Below are positions 1 through 9,373 of a stretch of 64,000 bases of DNA, one piece after another. The stretch comes from Acidimicrobiia bacterium (GTDB taxonomy: Bacteria; Acidobacteriota; Vicinamibacteria; Vicinamibacterales; UBA2999). Each line of letters starts with the position of its first letter. Position 1 is the first letter of the stretch. The stretch lies in NCBI GenBank assembly GCA_016871275.1, contig VFZG01000011.1:28800-92799 (forward strand), written 5' to 3'. Under the pieces are notes generated by a model. That model ran no database searches. It saw only the letters and a program-made list of their open reading frames with translations, and had not been told where the DNA came from. Position numbers and translations under genes: made by a program.

Positions 1-2163
1 CTGACCGCCGACGCCAAGCACCGCAAGTGCGCGAAGGTGGTCGGCGACGTGATGGGCAACTATCACCCGCACGGCGACAGCGCGATCTACGAAACGCTGG
101 TCCGCATGGCGCAGTCGTTTTCACTGCGCTATCCGCTGATCGACGGCTCGGGCAACTTCGGCTCGCTCGACGGCGACGGCGCCGCGGCGATGCGCTACAC
201 CGAATGCCGGCTGCAGCGGCTGTCGGATGAAGTACTCCAGGAGATCGAGCAGGAGACAGTGGCGTTTCGCCCGAGCTACGACGGCACCAGGTCCGAGCCC
301 GTCGTCCTGCCGTCGCGCATTCCGAACCTGCTGATCAACGGCACCACCGGCATCGCGGTCGGCATGGCCACCAACATTCCGCCGCACAACCTCAGCGAAG
401 TGTGCACCGCGCTGATCAAGCTGCTCGACAACCCCGACCTGTCGACGCTGCAGTTGTGCCGCTGGGTGAAAGGCCCCGACTTTCCCACCGGCGGCCACGT
501 CCTGAACCCGCCAGACGAGCTGAAGGAGATCTACAAGACCGGCTCCGGATCGATCCGCCTCCGCGCCACCTGGCAAGAGGGTCCGGCATCGCGCTCGGGC
601 AAGAAGCTCTACATCACCAGCATTCCGTACGCGGTCAACAAGTCGCAGCTCGTGGAACAGATCGGCGACGTGGTGTTGAGCCGCAAGATGCCGCACCTGA
701 TCGACGTCAAGGACCTGTCGACCGACGATGTGCGCATCGAGCTCGAATTGAAGGGCGGCGCCGACGACAATTTGGTGATGGCGTATTTGTTCAAGAACAC
801 CTCGTTGCAGACCACCTTCGCGGTCAACATGACGTGCCTGGTGCCGACGGAGAACGCTGAGGCCGGCCGCCCGGAACGGCTCGACCTCAAGCAGATGCTG
901 TGGCACTTCCTCCACTTCCGCCTTGAAGTGGTGACCAGCCGCCTCGAGCACGAGCTCGAGCAGCTCAAGCAGCGCATTCACATCCTCGAAGGCTTCGAAC
1001 AGGTCTTCGACGCGCTCGACGAGATCATCAGGATCATCCGCAAGTCGGACGGCAAGGCCGATTCGGCGGAGAAGATCATGAAGCGGTTCTCGCTCGATGC
1101 CGAGCAGACCGACGCGATCCTCGAGCTGAAGCTGTATCGCCTGGCCCGCCTCGAGATCCTGGTCATCCAGCAGGAGCTGGCCGAGAAGCGCAAGCGCGCC
1201 CGCCAGATCGGCGGCCTGCTCAAGGACGAGGAGGGACGCTGGCAGATTGTGCGCGACGAGCTCGAGGAGATTCAGAACACCTACGGCAATCCGAAAACCG
1301 ATCCGCGCCGCACGCGCATCGAGGAGGCCGAAGAGGTCGAATACACCGCCGAGTCCTTCATCGTCGAGGAAGACAACGTCGTGATCGTGTCGCGCGACGG
1401 CTGGGTCAAGCGGCAGAAGGAAGTGAAGGACCTGTCGACGACGCGCTTGCGGGAAGGGGACAGCGTGCTGGCGGCGGTTGCCGGCTCCACCAGGGCGACG
1501 CTGGTCTTCTTCAGCAACTTCGGCGTGGCCTACACCAGCCGGATTGTCGACGTGCCGGCCTCGACCGGCTACGGCGATCCAATCCAGAAGCTCTTCAAGC
1601 TGAAAGACGGCGAGAAGATCGTGGCGGCGTTCAGCCTCGATCCGCGCGTCGCGAAGAAGATTGAGGCGAAGAAGGACGGCGACGTGCCGCCGGTGCATGC
1701 CATTGGCATCACCAGCGACGGCTACGCGATGCGGTTCTCGCTGCAGCCCTACCTCGAGGTCAGCACGCGCTCGGGCCGCCGCTACGCGCGCACCGCCGAG
1801 GGCGCCGCGGTGGTCAACGTCGGGCTGACCACCGGTGACGAGACGGTGATTGCCGCCACCTCGAACGCCCGCGCCATGCTGGCGAAGGCCGACGAGATCA
1901 ACTTTCTGTCGGGCCCGGGACGCGGCGTGATCCTGATCAAGCTGGGCGACGACGACAAGGTGATCGGCGCGATGGTGTCGAGCGGCGATCGTGACCTGTT
2001 GACCGTGGAGACGAGCCGCGGCGGCGAGCAGACGATCAGCACGACCAAGTACGAAGTCACCGGCCGTGGCGGCAAGGGCAAGGAGCTGATGCAGCGCGGC
2101 GGCTTCACGTGCGTGGTGCCGGGCGAAGTGGCGATGCCGACGCTCGAGGGCGCCGGATCGTAG
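1..2163 (+). CDS. Type IIA DNA topoisomerase subunit A (GyrA/ParC family), 5'-truncated by the window edge
   Basis: Frame 1 is open from nt 1. Motifs [24 protein letters not shown] and [10 protein letters not shown] (active-site Tyr region), a coiled-coil linker and a beta-pinwheel C-terminal domain. No QRRGGKG-type GyrA box at the first CTD blade and the CTD is short, so ParC-like is possible. Confidence 0.9.
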   Translation: MTADAKHRKCAKVVGDVMGNYHPHGDSAIYETLVRMAQSFSLRYPLIDGSGNFGSLDGDGAAAMRYTECRLQRLSDEVLQEIEQETVAFRPSYDGTRSEPVVLPSRIPNLLINGTTGIAVGMATNIPPHNLSEVCTALIKLLDNPDLSTLQLCRWVKGPDFPTGGHVLNPPDELKEIYKTGSGSIRLRATWQEGPASRSGKKLYITSIPYAVNKSQLVEQIGDVVLSRKMPHLIDVKDLSTDDVRIELELKGGADDNLVMAYLFKNTSLQTTFAVNMTCLVPTENAEAGRPERLDLKQMLWHFLHFRLEVVTSRLEHELEQLKQRIHILEGFEQVFDALDEIIRIIRKSDGKADSAEKIMKRFSLDAEQTDAILELKLYRLARLEILVIQQELAEKRKRARQIGGLLKDEEGRWQIVRDELEEIQNTYGNPKTDPRRTRIEEAEEVEYTAESFIVEEDNVVIVSRDGWVKRQKEVKDLSTTRLREGDSVLAAVAGSTRATLVFFSNFGVAYTSRIVDVPASTGYGDPIQKLFKLKDGEKIVAAFSLDPRVAKKIEAKKDGDVPPVHAIGITSDGYAMRFSLQPYLEVSTRSGRRYARTAEGAAVVNVGLTTGDETVIAATSNARAMLAKADEINFLSGPGRGVILIKLGDDDKVIGAMVSSGDRDLLTVETSRGGEQTISTTKYEVTGRGGKGKELMQRGGFTCVVPGEVAMPTLEGAGS

Positions 2164-2233
2164 GCGAAGCTGGTGCCAACCAGTACGACGCGACCAGCGA
2201 CCCCTCGTTCAGGAAATACGGAAATTAGTTGAT

Positions 2234-3079
2234 TTGGTAGCGGACCCAGTGAGCAACTTGCCACCCTGTTACACCGCGCCGCTGTTTCGGCCGCTGCTCG
2301 CCGAATTGTTGGCCCTGTTGAGCGCGCTCTCGCCCGAGGACTGGCAGCGGCCGACGGTGGCGCCGCACTGGCGCGTGCGCGACGTCGCTGCGCACTTGCT
2401 CGACGGCAAGCTTCGACGGGTCGCCATTTACCGTGACCGCCACTTTCCCGCTGTTGAGAAGGCACCGGTCAGCGACGTCGAGATTGCGCAACTGGTGAAC
2501 GGCCTGAATGCCGGTGGTGTGCAGTTTGGCGCGCGCTTGAGCCCGAGGCTGCTGGTTGATCTGCTGGCCATCAGCGGTGCGTGGGTCGCCGAGGTGATCG
2601 AGGCGTTGCCGCCGCACGACCGCGCCATCTTCGCCGTCAGTTGGGCGGGTGAGGGGGAGTCTGCAAACTGGATGGACACTGGCCGCGAATACACGGAACA
2701 CTGGCATCACCAGATGCAGATCCGCGACGCGGTCGGCGCCACGCCACTCCTGCTGCAGCCCCAATGGATGATGCCGCTGCTGGACATGTCCGTGCGCGCG
2801 CTGCCGTATGCGTACCGATCAGTCGATGTCGCTGCCGGGTCTTCACTCGTGCTCCGAGTCACGGGCGAGACGAGCGCAACGTACACCCTTCATCGCGATC
2901 GGGCGAACTGGCACGTCTCGGCCGGTGCCGCCGACAAGCCTGCCGCGACGGTGGAGATGGCGTCTGATGACGTGTGGCGGTTGTTTTTCAACGCGCCGGT
3001 CGATCGATCGCGAATCGTCGTCTCCGGAGACGTCGCGCTTGCCGAGCCCCTGGTGCGGACGCGTTCGGTCATCTTGTGA
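2234..3079 (+). CDS. DinB-like / mycothiol-dependent maleylpyruvate isomerase N-terminal-domain family protein
   Basis: N-terminal EDWQRPTVAPHWRVRDVAAHLLDG resembles the DinB/MDMPI four-helix family. TTG start at 2234 (GTG alternative at 2249). Family call is from motif memory only. Confidence 0.5.
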   Translation: MVADPVSNLPPCYTAPLFRPLLAELLALLSALSPEDWQRPTVAPHWRVRDVAAHLLDGKLRRVAIYRDRHFPAVEKAPVSDVEIAQLVNGLNAGGVQFGARLSPRLLVDLLAISGAWVAEVIEALPPHDRAIFAVSWAGEGESANWMDTGREYTEHWHHQMQIRDAVGATPLLLQPQWMMPLLDMSVRALPYAYRSVDVAAGSSLVLRVTGETSATYTLHRDRANWHVSAGAADKPAATVEMASDDVWRLFFNAPVDRSRIVVSGDVALAEPLVRTRSVIL

Positions 3080-3155
3080 TCGTGGCAGTTGAAACCGGAA
3101 TGCTGGCTGCCGCCGATCTGGAGCTGCCGACGTTCGATCTCGAGCCGTAACCCCG

Positions 3156-4055
3156 CTACTGAATTTCCTTCTGCAACCCCTGGAACCTGCCGGCCAGGCC
3201 GCCCATCATCGTGCTGACGGTCGATGAATAGCCCTGGTACTTCTCCGGCAGCTTCCACTCGGCAGCCAACTGTTCCGGCGTCTTGCCGGCCTTGAGCCCG
3301 GCGCGCCCGTAGGCCACCAGATCGGCGTTGAAGTCGGCGAACTCCTTCAGGTCCGCCCACGTCGTCTGCGCCGGCGTGTGACCGTTGATGATCGTCGTGA
3401 TGTTCGGGATGCCGTCGTGCGCCTTGCGCAGCGTGTCCGGAATGTGCAGCATGCTGCCGCCGTTGTTGGTGTCGATCAACGGCACGGCCTTGCTGGCGAA
3501 GATGTCGCCGGTATGAACGATGCGATGCGCGGGGAAGGCGACGAACGTATCGCCGTTGGTGTGGCCGCGGCCGAAGTAGTAGAGATCGATCTGGTCGGCG
3601 CCTTTGCCGATGCTCATCTTGTCCTTGAAGGTGCGCTTCGGCAGGCCGTTGCCGTTGTGGTCCTTGAAAATCGGCATCTGTTCCATGCTGACCTTGGCGT
3701 TCTCGTGCGCGATGAAGTCCACCGACGCCGGGAACTCCACGTTGCCGCTGACGTGATCGCCATGCGTATGCGTGTTGACCAGCATCGTCACCGGCTTCGG
3801 TGTCAGCTCCTTGATCTTCGCGAGAATCGGCTGGCCCCAGCCCGGGTTCTTCGCGTCAACGACCGCGACGCCGTTGGCCATGATCAGCACCGCGGTGTTG
3901 CCGCCGCCGCCCTGGCCCCGCAGGACGTACAGACTGTCGTTGATCTTTTCGACGTCCACCACCTTCGGCGCATTGGCCGCAGGTTGCTGTGCTGCCGCCA
4001 CCATCACCACGCTGCCGACTGCCACCAGCAGTCCCAACACCATTGCTCGCTTCAT
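3156..4055 (-). CDS. Secreted metallo-beta-lactamase-fold hydrolase
   Basis: Signal peptide MKRAMVLGLLVAVGSVVMVAAAQ. HxHxDH zinc motif (NTHTHGDHVSGN) and a later GHTNGD. Confidence 0.8.
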   Translation of the reverse strand: MKRAMVLGLLVAVGSVVMVAAAQQPAANAPKVVDVEKINDSLYVLRGQGGGGNTAVLIMANGVAVVDAKNPGWGQPILAKIKELTPKPVTMLVNTHTHGDHVSGNVEFPASVDFIAHENAKVSMEQMPIFKDHNGNGLPKRTFKDKMSIGKGADQIDLYYFGRGHTNGDTFVAFPAHRIVHTGDIFASKAVPLIDTNNGGSMLHIPDTLRKAHDGIPNITTIINGHTPAQTTWADLKEFADFNADLVAYGRAGLKAGKTPEQLAAEWKLPEKYQGYSSTVSTMMGGLAGRFQGLQKEIQ

Positions 4056-4109
4056 GGTTCCCTCTCCCGGCCCGTGGGCCGCTCCGCATCATACGCTAGT
4101 ATCGTGGCG

Positions 4110-4613
4110 ATGAAGATGGGCTGGCTCATCCTCGCCGTCGGACTGCTGCCGCAGCCTGCCCCGAGTCCGGCCGCGATTCGGTCCGCTGCGTTCGACGTGA
4201 TGCGGGCGGCGCGCTACTGCACGCTGATCACGGTCGACGAAGACGGCCAACCCCAGGCGCGCATTGTCGATCCGCTGGTCTCCGAGGCCGAAGGCTCAAT
4301 CTGGATCGCGACCAATCCGCTGACGCGTAAGGTCAAGGAGATCCAGAACCATCCCCGCGTCTCGCTGATGTTCTTCAACGAGAAGGCCGGCGAGTACGTC
4401 GCGCTTCGTGCGACCGCGCGAGTGGTGACCAGCGCCGCAGAGAAAGCCGCACGCTGGAAGGCGGAGTGGCAGCCGTTCTACCAAGAGCAGAGTCGAGGCA
4501 GCGACTTCATGCTGTTCGAGCTGCGGCCGACGCGCTTCGAAGTGTCCAGCCCCCGCCACCAGCTCACTAACGACCCGAAGACCTGGCGGCCCGTCATCCT
4601 CGACGTCAAGTAG
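4110..4613 (+). CDS. Pyridoxamine 5'-phosphate oxidase-like FMN-binding split-barrel protein (general stress protein 26-like)
   Basis: Internal ATG at 4110 of ORF 3378..4613; the upstream part is antisense to the MBL gene. CTLITVDEDGQPQARIVDP and SIWIATNPLTRKVKEIQNHPRVSLMF are typical of the family. Confidence 0.7.
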   Translation: MKMGWLILAVGLLPQPAPSPAAIRSAAFDVMRAARYCTLITVDEDGQPQARIVDPLVSEAEGSIWIATNPLTRKVKEIQNHPRVSLMFFNEKAGEYVALRATARVVTSAAEKAARWKAEWQPFYQEQSRGSDFMLFELRPTRFEVSSPRHQLTNDPKTWRPVILDVK

Positions 4614-5086
4614 TGGCAATTCACGTCGTGCTCGTGCATCCCGAGATCCACTGGAACACCGGCAACGCCGGCCGCACGTGCCTGGCTGCCGGCGCCACGC
4701 TGCATCTGGTCGAGCCGCTGGGGTTCTCGCTCGACGAGAAGCAGGTCAAGCGCGCCGGGCTGGACTACTGGGAACACGTCGATCTCCGGGTCTGGCCCGG
4801 CTGGGCGGCATTCGAGCGCGCGCTGCCGTCGATGGGCGAGGCGTACTTTTTCTCCACCCGGGCATCGAGACAACTGTGGGACGCGCCGCTGGGAGATGCG
4901 GACGATGTGGTGCTGATCTTCGGCCGGGAGACCGGCGGCCTGGCGCCGGAGATTCACGAAACGTATCGCGACCGCTTCCTGACCATGCCGATCGAGTCGG
5001 CGCTGGTGCGATCGCTAAACCTCTCGACCAGCGTGGGCATTGCAGTTTATGAAGTATTGCGTCAGCGACAACGCCATAGCCCATAG
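4613..5086 (+). CDS. trmL: tRNA 2'-O-methyltransferase TrmL (SpoU/TrmH family)
   Basis: 157 aa collinear with E. coli TrmL/YibK: HPEIHWNTGNAGRTC, LDEKQVKRAGLDYWE, IFGRETGGL, SLNLSTSVGIAVYE. GTG start overlaps the upstream stop (TAGTG). Confidence 0.85.
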   Translation: MAIHVVLVHPEIHWNTGNAGRTCLAAGATLHLVEPLGFSLDEKQVKRAGLDYWEHVDLRVWPGWAAFERALPSMGEAYFFSTRASRQLWDAPLGDADDVVLIFGRETGGLAPEIHETYRDRFLTMPIESALVRSLNLSTSVGIAVYEVLRQRQRHSP

Positions 5087-5115
5087 CCCATAGCCCGCAG
5101 CCCGTAGTCCCTAAC
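5072..5115 (+). repeat. Heptamer word array CCCRYAG x6 (gccatag cccatag cccatag cccgcag cccgtag tccctaa)
   Basis: Directly visible 7-nt periodicity. The trmL stop codon TAG (5084-5086) lies inside it. The same word family recurs at 61879-61933. Confidence 0.85.
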
Positions 5116-5116
5116 C

Positions 5117-5554
5117 ATGACCATCTACTTTGCCGGCTCGATTCGCGGCGGACGGAACGATCGGGCGCTCTACCAACAGATCATCGCGCTGCTGCGGCGG
5201 CACGGCACCGTGCTGACCGAACACATCGGCAACCAGAAGCTGACGGCCTCCGGCGAGTCGATGACCGACGCCGAGATCCACGATCGCGACCTCGAGTGGC
5301 TGCGCCGGGCCGACGTGCTGGTGGCCGAAGTGACGACGCCGAGCCTGGGAGTGGGCTACGAGATCGGCCGCGCCGTTGAGTGGGGCACCCGGGTCATTGG
5401 CCTCTACCGGCCGTCGCCAGGCAGGCAGGTGTCCGGCATGATTGCAGGTTGCGACCGCGTGCGCGTATACGAATACGCGTCGGTCGCCGAACTCGAGCCG
5501 CGGCTGGCGGAGCTCCTGCTCCCTGATCCCCGATCGCCGATCCCTGATCCCTGA
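5117..5554 (+). CDS. 2'-deoxynucleoside 5'-phosphate N-hydrolase (DNPH1/Rcl)-like protein, nucleoside 2-deoxyribosyltransferase superfamily
   Basis: IYFAGSIRGGRNDRALYQQIIALLRRHGTVLTEH and ADVLVAEVTTPSLGVGYEIGRAV closely mirror the mammalian DNPH1/Rcl core motifs. Confidence 0.75.
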   Translation: MTIYFAGSIRGGRNDRALYQQIIALLRRHGTVLTEHIGNQKLTASGESMTDAEIHDRDLEWLRRADVLVAEVTTPSLGVGYEIGRAVEWGTRVIGLYRPSPGRQVSGMIAGCDRVRVYEYASVAELEPRLAELLLPDPRSPIPDP

Positions 5555-5560
5555 TCCCGG
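5519..5560 (+). repeat. Heptamer word array GATCCCT/GATCGCC x5-6
   Basis: cctgatc cccgatc gccgatc cctgatc cctgatc. It encodes the last residues (PDPRSPIPDP) and the TGA stop of the DNPH1-like gene. Confidence 0.8.
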
Positions 5561-5658
5561 CACGCTACACCAGCCGACGCTCCAGAAGCTGATCGTCGCG
5601 TCGGTGAAAGATCCTCGCAAGTCTGTGAAGCAGAAGCGGCAGACGAATAACGTGCCGC

Positions 5659-7527
5659 CTAGCTTCTCAGCCAGCCCGCGGCGCGCAGCCGATCGATCAC
5701 CTGCTGGGTGGCGGCGGGGGCTGACGACTGATCGGTATCCACGATCAGTTCGGGGGCCGGTGGCGGTTCGTACGCCGCCGACACTCCCGTGAACTGCGGA
5801 ATCTCGCCGGCCGCCGCGCGTCGATAGTGTCCCTTCGGGTCACGCGCCCGGCAGGTGTCGAGGCTGGCGCGCACGAACACTTCGACAAACCGTCCCGCCG
5901 GCAGCAGGGCGCGGGCGTTGTCGCGATCCGCCTGCGATGGCGACACGAACGCGCACAGCACGATGGCGCCGCTGTCGAACAGCAGCCGCGCCACCTCGCC
6001 CGCCCGGCGGATGTTCTCGCTGCGGTCTTCCGGCGTGAAGCCCAGGTCCCTGGTGAGGCCGTGGCGCAGGTCGTCGCCGTCAAGCGTCACCACGTGATGT
6101 CCATCGCCGAACAACCGCCGTTCGAGGTCGCGCGCGATGGTGGTCTTGCCGGAACCGGGCAACCCGGTCAGCCACACCACACCGGCCTTGTGCCCGTTCC
6201 TGGTCTCGCGATCGCCGAGGGGCACGTTGGCGGGGTTGCGCACGACGTCCCGGCGCGCCGGTTCGGCCGAGTGCGCCGGCGCCGCGCCGCGGATCATGCC
6301 GGCCGCCACGGTGTGGTTGGTGCGCGGATCGATCAACACGAAGCACCCGGTGGCCCGATTGACGCGATACGAATCGAAGAACAGCGGTTCGGCAGCGACG
6401 ATCGCAGCCACCCCGACGTCGTTCATGGCCAGCGTCTCGACGCCTTCCTCGCGGTGCAGCGTCGTCACGTCGATGCGGTAGCGCAACCGGGAGACTCGGC
6501 ACGGCACGCGCCGTGTCGTCTGCGCCAGGATGTACGGCTGCGAGGCATCGAGCGCGTCTCCATCGAGCCAGCACAGATACACATCGAGGGCCACGCCGGT
6601 CGCGGGAACATTGCCGGGGCGGACGATCATGTCGCCACGCGAGACGTCGATGTCCTCGGTCAGCGTCATTACGACGGCATCACCGGGATGGGCGGACTGT
6701 CGAGGGCCGTCGGCGGTGTCGATCGCCGCGATCCGCGCCCGCCGGCGTGACGGCAGCACCAGCACCTCGTGTCCGGTCGACACCGAACCCGATGCCACGC
6801 TACCCGTGTAGCCCCGAAACCGGCGGTCCGGACGGACCACGCTCTGCACCGGAAACCGGAAATCGATCGTGTTGTGGCGGCTGATCTGGACCGTCTCCAG
6901 CCGGTGGAGCAGCGGCCCGCCGACATGCCACGGCATGCGATCCGACGCGCTGACCACGTTGTCGCCGTGCAACGCCGACAGCGGAACATACGTGATGTCG
7001 TCGATCGTCAGGCGGCCGGCAAACTCACGAAATGCTCCCATCGCGTCGTCGAAGGCCTGTTGCGCGTAGCCGACCAGGTCCATCTTGTTGACGGCGACGA
7101 TCAGGTGTCGGATGCCGAGCAGTGACGCGATGAACGCGTGACGATGGGATTGCCGTCCGGGGCCGGTGGTGGCGTCGATCAGGATTACCGCCAGGTCGGC
7201 CGTGGAGGCCCCGGTCACCATGTTGCGGGTGTACTGCACGTGGCCGGGCGTGTCGGCGATGATGAATCTCCGCCGCGGCGTCGCAAAATACCGATATGCC
7301 ACGTCGATGGTGATCTTCTGATCGCGCTCGGCCCGCAGGCCGTCGGTGAGCAGCGCGAGGTTGATCGCGTCTTCGCCGGAGCGCCGGCTGGCGGCTTCAA
7401 CCGACACCAGCTGATCGTCGAGCAGCGACCTGGTGTCGTACAACAGCCGGCCGACCAGCGTGCTCTTGCCGTCGTCCACGCTGCCGGCGGTGGTGAAGCG
7501 AAGCAGATCGAGGTCGCCGGTCGCCAA
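5659..7527 (-). CDS. cysNC: Bifunctional sulfate adenylyltransferase subunit 1 (GTPase) / adenylylsulfate kinase
   Basis: N-terminal EF-Tu-like GTPase (AGSVDDGKSTLVGRLL, DTPGH, NKMD). C-terminal APS kinase P-loop (WLTGLPGSGKTTIA). Confidence 0.9.
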   Translation of the reverse strand: MATGDLDLLRFTTAGSVDDGKSTLVGRLLYDTRSLLDDQLVSVEAASRRSGEDAINLALLTDGLRAERDQKITIDVAYRYFATPRRRFIIADTPGHVQYTRNMVTGASTADLAVILIDATTGPGRQSHRHAFIASLLGIRHLIVAVNKMDLVGYAQQAFDDAMGAFREFAGRLTIDDITYVPLSALHGDNVVSASDRMPWHVGGPLLHRLETVQISRHNTIDFRFPVQSVVRPDRRFRGYTGSVASGSVSTGHEVLVLPSRRRARIAAIDTADGPRQSAHPGDAVVMTLTEDIDVSRGDMIVRPGNVPATGVALDVYLCWLDGDALDASQPYILAQTTRRVPCRVSRLRYRIDVTTLHREEGVETLAMNDVGVAAIVAAEPLFFDSYRVNRATGCFVLIDPRTNHTVAAGMIRGAAPAHSAEPARRDVVRNPANVPLGDRETRNGHKAGVVWLTGLPGSGKTTIARDLERRLFGDGHHVVTLDGDDLRHGLTRDLGFTPEDRSENIRRAGEVARLLFDSGAIVLCAFVSPSQADRDNARALLPAGRFVEVFVRASLDTCRARDPKGHYRRAAAGEIPQFTGVSAAYEPPPAPELIVDTDQSSAPAATQQVIDRLRAAGWLRS

Positions 7528-8436
7528 CTAGAAATACCCGGACCGCTTGCGGTCTTCCATGGCGGTGTCGGAACGGCGGTCGTCGTCTCGGCCGCCCCGC
7601 TCGCTGATGCGCGCCGCGGTGATTTCGTCGATCACTTCCGCGATCGTGGACGCGGTCGACTCAATCGCCCCGGTGCAGGTGGCATCGCCGACGGTGCGGA
7701 AGCGGACCGTGCGGGTTGACAGCCGGTCGTCCGGAAGCGGCGCGAGGTGCGGGGTGTGCGCAAACAGCAGGCCGCGGCGTTCGACGACTTGGCGCCGGTG
7801 TGCGAAGTAGAGGGTCGGCAGCGGAATGCCTTCAGCCGCGAGGTACTGCCAGATGTCCAGCTCCGTCCAGTTCGACAGCGGGAAGACACGGAAGTGCTCG
7901 CCCGGCCGGCAGCGGCCGTTGTAGATGTTCCACAGTTCCGGCCGCTGGCTGCGCGGTTCCCATTGGCCGAACGCGTTGCGATGCGAGAACACGCGTTCCT
8001 TGGCGCGCGCCTTCTCTTCGTCGCGGCGGGCGCCGCCGAGCGCCGCATCGATCCGCAGCTCGCCGATCGCGTCGAGCAACGTCACGGTTTGGAGCGCGTT
8101 GCGGCTGGCGCCGGGGCCGCGCTCATCGTGGACCCGGCCGGCGTCGATCGAGGACTGGACGGTTCGGACCAGACACGTCACGTTCATGCGCGCGGCGAAC
8201 TCGTCTCTGAACGCGATGGTCTCGTCGAAGTTGTGACCGGTGTCAATGTGCAGCAGCGGGTAAGACAGCCGCGCCGGGAAGCACGCCTTTCGCGCCAGCC
8301 AGGTCAGCACGATCGAGTCCTTGCCGCCAGAGAACAGAATCGCCGGCCGCTCGAACTGTGAGAGGGCTTCGCGAATGATATGGATCGCCTCGTTTTCGAG
8401 GTGCGGGACGTGTCGGGACTGAAAGCGGTTGCGCAT
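7528..8436 (-). CDS. cysD: Sulfate adenylyltransferase subunit 2
   Basis: PAPS-reductase-fold motif ILFSGGKDSIVL. Abuts cysNC with no gap (stop 7528, next start 7527). Confidence 0.9.
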   Translation of the reverse strand: MRNRFQSRHVPHLENEAIHIIREALSQFERPAILFSGGKDSIVLTWLARKACFPARLSYPLLHIDTGHNFDETIAFRDEFAARMNVTCLVRTVQSSIDAGRVHDERGPGASRNALQTVTLLDAIGELRIDAALGGARRDEEKARAKERVFSHRNAFGQWEPRSQRPELWNIYNGRCRPGEHFRVFPLSNWTELDIWQYLAAEGIPLPTLYFAHRRQVVERRGLLFAHTPHLAPLPDDRLSTRTVRFRTVGDATCTGAIESTASTIAEVIDEITAARISERGGRDDDRRSDTAMEDRKRSGYF

Positions 8437-8523
8437 GCGGATCTCGATGGCGCCGCCATTTCACCACTACCGAGCCGATGAACACAATGCGCCGGGTGCG
8501 TGGTCAGGCCAGGATAGGCGGGA

Positions 8524-8853
8524 ATGGCCACACGCCTGGTCGAGGGCCTGACCGAGCACGACGTGGTGACCGAGCCGTTCCCACACGTGGTCGTCGGGAA
8601 CGCGCGGCCAGACCAACGGGTGCAACAGCTGATTAGTGACTGGCCTGACGACGCCGTGTTCCGGGGCGGTCGTGCTGCGGGATCGAATCGCCGCTTCAAT
8701 TACAACGCCAGGCAGGTGATGCGCGACACGACGTTCCCGGAATCGTGGCGTAGCTTCACTGCCACCCACGTGTCCGGCGCGTTCGCGCGCGAGTGCGTGC
8801 GCTTGTTCGCGCCGTGGATTCGCAGCGAGTACCCCTTGACGATCGGCGGGTGA
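8524..8853 (+). pseudogene. N-terminal stub of a 2OG-Fe(II)-oxygenase-like/unknown-family protein
   Basis: EPFPHVVVGN...PESWRSFTATHVSGAFARE looks protein-like, but the ORF ends after 109 codons and overlaps the facing stub on the other strand. Confidence 0.3.
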
Positions 8854-9194
8854 CGGGTCTCGAACCCGAGCGCGTGGCAGGCGTCGACCGCTCGATCGAT
8901 GCCCGTCGGCTTCACCAGCAGATCGAGGTCGCTCATGCGCCGCGTTGACAGGTCGGGATACACCTCGGTCGCCAGGTGCGCGCCCTTCAAGAGGATCACC
9001 GGGATGCCGGCGTTGTCGAGCGCCGCAAGAATGGACTTGAGTGTTCCGAAGCGTCGCAAGTTCGCCGTCGCGATGGCTCTCGCGTCGTCTGCGAGCCGCC
9101 GGCGGCACGCCGCCGGCAGCGCCGATGCCGAGCCCTGCCGCGTGAGGCGATGTCGCAGCGGCCCGGACACCGCGTGACCGCGTGCCAGTTCCAC
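8700..9194 (-). pseudogene. Truncated uncharacterised-nucleotidyltransferase-family (NTP_transf_5-like) gene
   Basis: GIPVILLKGAHLATEVYPDLSTRRMSDLDLLVKPTGIDRAVDACHALGFE is the family core. The frame stays open upstream to about 9350 without a usable start. The C-terminal half of the family is missing and replaced by antisense of the facing stub. Confidence 0.4.
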
Positions 9195-9373
9195 GACCTC
9201 GGTCCACTCGGCTGCCGGCCAGGAGTCGATTCGCGGCAGAGGACTGGTCGCGGCACAGCACGCTGCCAGGCGCGTCAGCGCAGTGTGATCGAGCGCCGTG
9301 AATGCCGGGCGCTTGGTGATGAGGTAGGGGCCTCCAGCGGTTGCGGCCGGAGGCCCTGACGAAACTGCCGAAC

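Noticed and set aside
121-1698. 525-aa minus-strand ORF
   Set aside because: It is entirely antisense to the clearly recognisable topoisomerase A-subunit gene. Its composition is Arg/Ala/Gly/Leu-rich with no motifs. This is a typical stop-free antisense frame in GC-rich DNA.
3378-4109. N-terminal 244 codons of track ORF 3378..4613, and analogous 5' extensions of ORFs 24664.., 32608.., 34056.., 46266.., 20244.., 52310.., 59025.. and 26465..
   Set aside because: The extensions overlap or run antisense to the preceding genes and lack family-like sequence. In each case an internal start sits right after the upstream stop, and a signal peptide or the family N-terminus begins there.
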